Source of the DNA: Gemmatimonas sp.
Lineage (GTDB): Bacteria; Gemmatimonadota; Gemmatimonadetes; Gemmatimonadales; Gemmatimonadaceae
Reading direction: 5' to 3'
Length of the DNA: 64,000 nucleotides
Assembly (NCBI GenBank): GCA_031414535.1
Contig: JANNVQ010000014.1
Location: 192,001-256,000, forward strand
Shown: positions 59,695 to 64,000 of the stretch, in pieces
Position numbering within the stretch: position 1 is the stretch's first letter
Layout of the letters: each line of letters opens with the position of its first letter
Position numbers and translations under genes: made by a program
Notes under the pieces: model-generated
What the model was told of the DNA's origin: nothing
What the model saw: the letters and a program-made list of their open reading frames with translations, nothing else
Database searches by the model: none

Positions 59695-60700
59695 TGCTTT
59701 CCCTGGCCCGCTTGTGGGCCGTCTTGAGCTGCAGTTGATACGCCTCTTCCACGACTCTCGCGGCTTCGGCAGGATCGTCGGTCACCACCATCAAATCCAT
59801 ATCACCAATCGAAATCTTTCGCTCGGCCAACACCCGCGACTGAATCCAGCGCACTAGTCCGGCCCAGTAGTGCGTGCCAAACAACACCACGGGGAACTGC
59901 GAAATCTTGCCCGTCTGAATCAGCGTCAGCGCCTCGAACATTTCATCGAAAGTGCCGAAGCCGCCGGGGAAGATGATGAAGGCGCTCGAGTACTTGATGA
60001 ACATCGTCTTGCGCACCGCGAAATAGCGGAAGCTCACCAAGGTATCCACGTAGGGGTTGGCACCTTGTTCAAACGGCAACTCGATATTGCAGCCGTAGCT
60101 TGGTGCCTCGGCGAGGCGCGCGCCCTTGTTGGCCGCTTCCATAATACCGGGCCCAGCGCCCGTGATAATGCTGAACCCCTGCTTGCCGAGCAAACGCGCG
60201 ACCTCCACGGCCGCGAGATACTGCGGATCGTCAGGGTGCGTACGCGCCGAGCCGAAGATGCTCACGCCCTTCTCGATGCCGGCGAGCTTGTCGAAGCCTT
60301 CCACGAACTCCGAGGTAATGCGCATCACGCGCCAAGGGTCGCTTGAGCGAAAATCGTTCTTCGTTCCACCCGACTGCAGCAGGCGAGCGTCTTCCGTGAG
60401 CGACCAAGAGAAGTCACCGATGGCGTCGTCGTTGGCGGAGCGCGGAAGCACTTCGTCCTTCATCTCGGGGAATTTCCCGCTCGCGCGCATTCCCTCCTGT
60501 AGGCGCTCCTGAAGGCCAGCCACGGAATCGTGTTCCGCCGCTTTCATGCTCGCTGCGTCAACCCGCTTGCCCGAAGCGGTACGCGCCGCCGTTGGCTTCT
60601 TGGCAGGCGTGTTGGAGCGCGCCTTTTTGGCGGGCGTGTTGCTCCGCGCCTTCTTGGCGGGGGCTGACTTCTTGATGGGTGCTTTTTTCTTGGCGGCCAT
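59681..60700 (-). CDS. LOG-family (TIGR00730-type) nucleotide-binding protein with Lys/Ala-rich N-tail
   Basis: [38 protein letters not shown] at 60700. Confidence 0.9.
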   Translation of the reverse strand: MAAKKKAPIKKSAPAKKARSNTPAKKARSNTPAKKPTAARTASGKRVDAASMKAAEHDSVAGLQERLQEGMRASGKFPEMKDEVLPRSANDDAIGDFSWSLTEDARLLQSGGTKNDFRSSDPWRVMRITSEFVEGFDKLAGIEKGVSIFGSARTHPDDPQYLAAVEVARLLGKQGFSIITGAGPGIMEAANKGARLAEAPSYGCNIELPFEQGANPYVDTLVSFRYFAVRKTMFIKYSSAFIIFPGGFGTFDEMFEALTLIQTGKISQFPVVLFGTHYWAGLVRWIQSRVLAERKISIGDMDLMVVTDDPAEAARVVEEAYQLQLKTAHKRARESNGEG

Positions 60701-60725
60701 GGCTCCGTGAAGTTTACGTTGAAGC

Positions 60726-62129
60726 GTGACCCTCGTCATCCTCGTCGCGGACGGAGCCCGCCCTGATACCTTATTCGGGGCAATGGACGCCGGACAGCTC
60801 CCAGCCCTTTCTGCACTACGGGCCAGCGGGATGTCTACGACGCTGAGCAGCGTGTTTCCCTCCGTGACGGGCTCGGCGTACACGCCATTCTTGACCGGTT
60901 TGCACCCCGGCCGAGCGGGCCTGCCGGGCCTCAGATGGTACGACCGTGACCGTAGCGCCACACTTTGGCCGGCCAACGCGCGCAGCTACGTGGGCCTAGG
61001 CGGAATGCGCGCGGATAAAGATCTGAGCCGCGACTTCCGCACCCTGTTTGAGATTGAGCCGCGCTCTATTGGCGGCTTCACCTACGTCGGCCGCGGACTC
61101 AGCACGGCCAGACGCATCGGCACGGGCTGGGGGTTCGGCGCACGGCTCGCCTGGACGCACTTTCGTGGTGATGTCGACGGCTGGATGCGCTTTGATCGTT
61201 GGCTGGGCGAGGAGTTCGTCCGTCGCATCGTGGCGCAGAATCCTCGTGTGGCATTTCTCGCGCACCCGGGCATAGACAAGCTCTCGCATCAGTTTGGCCA
61301 GGATTCCCCGCGCATTCTCTCGGCGATGCAAACGGTGGATCACACGGTCTCGCTGCTGCACGAGGCCTTCGCCAAACAGGGCCGCAGCAATGAACTCGAG
61401 ATTTGGATCGTGAGCGACCACGGCCATGCCGATGTCTCCCAGCATGAAGATCTCGCAGGACGCATCGCCGGTTGGGGCCACAGCGTGCGTGCGCACCCAT
61501 GGGTGATTGGCGGGAGCGACGTCGCCGTGATGGTGAGCGGTAATGCGATGGCGCACTTGTACCTCGAGCTCAATCGTAAGCGCCGCCCCATTTGGCCTGC
61601 TTTGCGTGATCGCTGGCAGTCGCTATTGAATCGCTTGCTTGAGTTGCCCGCCGTGGATCTTGCCATAATTCCGATGGCTGATGGCCACACGGCCGTGCAC
61701 TCACGAGAGCGCGGCAGCGCAGAGATCTTCACGGCTGGTGATGGCAGCTACTCGTACCGTCGTAGCAATGGAGATCCGCTCGGCCTCGGCGAGGATCTTC
61801 TAGGCTTGAACGCCACCGCCGCTTGGGAGCGCACGCAGGCGGGTGAGTATCCGGATGCACTGGTGCAACTCTCCGCCATCGCTGCCGCCCCACGCGCCGG
61901 CGACATCATCATCTCGGCTGCAGCAGGCTGGGACCTGCGCTCACGTTGGGAGCCAATCAATCACGTCTCGGGCCACGGGGCCTTGCTGCGTGGGCAGATG
62001 CTGGTGCCGTTTATCGCATCGAAGCCACTGCGCGAGACGCCGCTGCGCACGACGGACATTTTTCCGACCGCGCTGCAGCGGCTCGGACTAGCTCTGCCGC
62101 GCGGACTCGACGGGGTGGGACGCGCGTAG
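60726..62129 (+). CDS. Alkaline phosphatase superfamily (nucleotide pyrophosphatase/phosphodiesterase)
   Basis: ADGAR, FPSVT, DKLSH, SDHG, SGHG metal-binding motifs. Confidence 0.85.
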   Translation: MTLVILVADGARPDTLFGAMDAGQLPALSALRASGMSTTLSSVFPSVTGSAYTPFLTGLHPGRAGLPGLRWYDRDRSATLWPANARSYVGLGGMRADKDLSRDFRTLFEIEPRSIGGFTYVGRGLSTARRIGTGWGFGARLAWTHFRGDVDGWMRFDRWLGEEFVRRIVAQNPRVAFLAHPGIDKLSHQFGQDSPRILSAMQTVDHTVSLLHEAFAKQGRSNELEIWIVSDHGHADVSQHEDLAGRIAGWGHSVRAHPWVIGGSDVAVMVSGNAMAHLYLELNRKRRPIWPALRDRWQSLLNRLLELPAVDLAIIPMADGHTAVHSRERGSAEIFTAGDGSYSYRRSNGDPLGLGEDLLGLNATAAWERTQAGEYPDALVQLSAIAAAPRAGDIIISAAAGWDLRSRWEPINHVSGHGALLRGQMLVPFIASKPLRETPLRTTDIFPTALQRLGLALPRGLDGVGRA

Positions 62130-62161
62130 CATCAGCAACGAAGGAAGTTGCAGATCTCTTG

Positions 62162-64000
62162 TCATCGCGGCGACTTGGCTTTCAGTTCGGCCGCGAAGTT
62201 TTGCACCAGCACCAGTTCGTCGGCATTTTCACCCGGCGCGCTCCCCACATACCGCACAAGGAGGAAGCGGCGAGCATCCGGGCTCACATCAAAGAGAAAC
62301 ACGGATACTGGTAGACCCGTGACCGAGAACAGCGGCTTCGGAATCCCCGAGCGGAACGCGGCGCCGGTGCTCACATCGGCCACGTACAGCGAGTCCGGAG
62401 TGACGAAGAAGAGCTCTCGACCCGAGCGGGACCAGAGGGGAGCATATCCCACCCTCACGGAGACTTGCCGCTTCGCTGTGGCGGTCTCGGGGAAAGGTCG
62501 GACAATCACGTGCCAGCTGCCCGTCTCGTCGGAGGAGTACGCGAGCCACTTCCCATCGGGCGAAAGCGCCGGAAGTGTCTGTTGGCCGGCATCATTCACA
62601 ATCCGCCGCGGCAGGGAGTCCTCCCCGGGTCGGATGGCCCAGATGTCGCCCCGTTTCGCGTACACAATCCATCGGCCATCGGAGGAGATGGTCGGTGCGA
62701 AGGCTTCTTCTTCGCCGACAATCTCGGTGGCAGGCGTGCTGCCGTCGGCAGGAACTTGAAATAATGATCTTCCGGTGGAGAAGGCGATGCGCCGTCCGTC
62801 CGGGTACCAGGTCGGAAAAGCACCCAGGTCTGAGACACGAGACGCGGGACCAGCGTCCAGCTGCTTCACCCACACCTGCCGCGCACCAACGGTACCGATG
62901 GCAACGGCCACTGAGCCGCCGTCCGGCGAGATTTGCGGGCGGCCCGCGAGGGACGCCGAGTACGATGGATCAACAGCCGTCTTTCCTCCCGTTCGGTCAA
63001 TCCAGATTAACTCGCGTGCCCCCGACGCGGTTGCGCCGGCCGTGTACAAGGCGGAGCCGCTCCGCGAGATGACGAGGTCCACGCGCTGGTTCCCTCGCAC
63101 GAGCAGCCCCTCGGCCATCGGCACGGCCTCGCCCTTGAGTTCGAGCTTCTCGAGGTCCATTGGCGTGGCGAAGAGGGTGCCATCGTCAGTGACCACGAGC
63201 AGATGGCCACTTGGCGAATAACGCCCCACGAATCCGCGCGCCAACACACGTTTGGTTCCCGTCCGCGCGTCCATCACGCCGATGTCCGATTCCGAACCCG
63301 AACGCCGAATCGTGAAGAGAAACCCGCGGCCATCTGGGAGCGCCGAAGGAAGAAAGTGGTAGCTCTCCCCGGAGTCGGGGCGGGACGCAATCTCCGGAGG
63401 CGCTCCCCCGTTCTCTCGGATGCGGGCCACGCCGTCGCCCTCAAGCTTCCCGTCATAGTAGATGTAGCCGTCGTCGCCCCACGCGAGTCCGCCCAGATCA
63501 ACCAGCGAGTCGGTCAAGGTCACTGCGGGGCCACCAGCCACCGGCATCACCTTTACTGCACGAGGTTCGCGGATTGTGATGAAGGCGATGCGCTTGCCGT
63601 CGGGGGAGAATGACGGGTTGATGGCCCCCTCGCTCCCCGACAGCACACGCGGGCGTAGTTCGTCGAGCGATCGCACCAGCAGTTGCGTTGTGGGGGCATT
63701 TCCCGTGACGTAGGCGATGGTGCGGCCATCCGGGGAGATGGCCACCAGCGTCCCGTTCGCTGTGGAGAGCCCCTGACTGTCGGGAAGGAAGAGACTGTGT
63801 CGCGAGACCTCGGGTGCCGGCTCGGGGCGAAACCAGCCGGCCAGCGCGGCAACCGATGCCACTGCTGCTACCGCCAGCGCCACGTAGTAACGGCGCCGCA
63901 AACCCTGAGTGCCCACGCCAGAAGTACCGGCGGCGAATCCGATGCCATGCGTAGTAGCAAACGCCGGATTGCGCAGCGCGTCGCGGAACTCCGCCGCACT
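62162..64000 (-). CDS. Ser/Thr protein kinase with TM and TolB/PD40 beta-propeller; 5' part beyond the window
   Basis: Frame open to the window edge (SAAEFRDAL, typical of a kinase C-lobe end), TM segment, repeated SPDG..IA motifs, LVLVQNF..EL end. Confidence 0.8.
   Translation of the reverse strand, partial: SAAEFRDALRNPAFATTHGIGFAAGTSGVGTQGLRRRYYVALAVAAVASVAALAGWFRPEPAPEVSRHSLFLPDSQGLSTANGTLVAISPDGRTIAYVTGNAPTTQLLVRSLDELRPRVLSGSEGAINPSFSPDGKRIAFITIREPRAVKVMPVAGGPAVTLTDSLVDLGGLAWGDDGYIYYDGKLEGDGVARIRENGGAPPEIASRPDSGESYHFLPSALPDGRGFLFTIRRSGSESDIGVMDARTGTKRVLARGFVGRYSPSGHLLVVTDDGTLFATPMDLEKLELKGEAVPMAEGLLVRGNQRVDLVISRSGSALYTAGATASGARELIWIDRTGGKTAVDPSYSASLAGRPQISPDGGSVAVAIGTVGARQVWVKQLDAGPASRVSDLGAFPTWYPDGRRIAFSTGRSLFQVPADGSTPATEIVGEEEAFAPTISSDGRWIVYAKRGDIWAIRPGEDSLPRRIVNDAGQQTLPALSPDGKWLAYSSDETGSWHVIVRPFPETATAKRQVSVRVGYAPLWSRSGRELFFVTPDSLYVADVSTGAAFRSGIPKPLFSVTGLPVSVFLFDVSPDARRFLLVRYVGSAPGENADELVLVQNFAAELKAKSPR

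Noticed and set aside
59681..60976. Longer ORF-track starts for LOG, methyltransferase (25667), MaoC (33011) and TonB (57545)
   Set aside because: The extensions overlap neighbouring genes or promoter regions; downstream ATGs match the family N-termini and most have an RBS.

Overview
GC-rich bacterial window, most likely Gemmatimonadota (inferred from gene content, not proven). Bases 1-35.6 kb are a large exopolysaccharide/cell-surface modification locus of the PEP-CTERM/exosortase-A type: AsnB amidotransferase, three or four polysaccharide deacetylases, GT2/GT-C glycosyltransferases, LMW tyrosine phosphatase, SGNH esterases, a carbamoyltransferase-SxtJ-SxtK-like trio and an FkbH-ACP-MaoC-GNAT module. 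It also embeds a thioesterase-less hybrid NRPS-PKS of unusual architecture. Bases 35.6-50.3 kb hold a TonB-dependent receptor and a complete but split lasso-peptide cluster: B1, B2, cyclase, HPr-type kinase, ABC exporter and nucleotidyltransferase, then a collagen/S74 fibre gene, and 7-9 kb downstream of the B/C genes a small precursor with a second kinase. The predicted 40-aa core has a Leu1-Asp8 ring, two tail cysteines and a C-terminal Ser-Ser. A shared sigma54-like promoter architecture (TGTTGC-N6-GCAACA box, IHF-like site, GG-N10-GC) recurs upstream of the NRPS, the carbamoyltransferase, a secreted lipoprotein and the lasso precursor, which suggests one regulon. Bases 50.3-64 kb contain NupC, an MmeI-like restriction-methylase broken by one in-frame TAG, a nucleotidyltransferase toxin-antitoxin-like pair, TonB, a DHS-like protein, LOG, a phosphodiesterase and the 3' part of a Ser/Thr kinase-TolB gene. 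No rRNA, tRNA, CRISPR array or transposase was seen. All calls come from reading motifs by eye; no searches were run.
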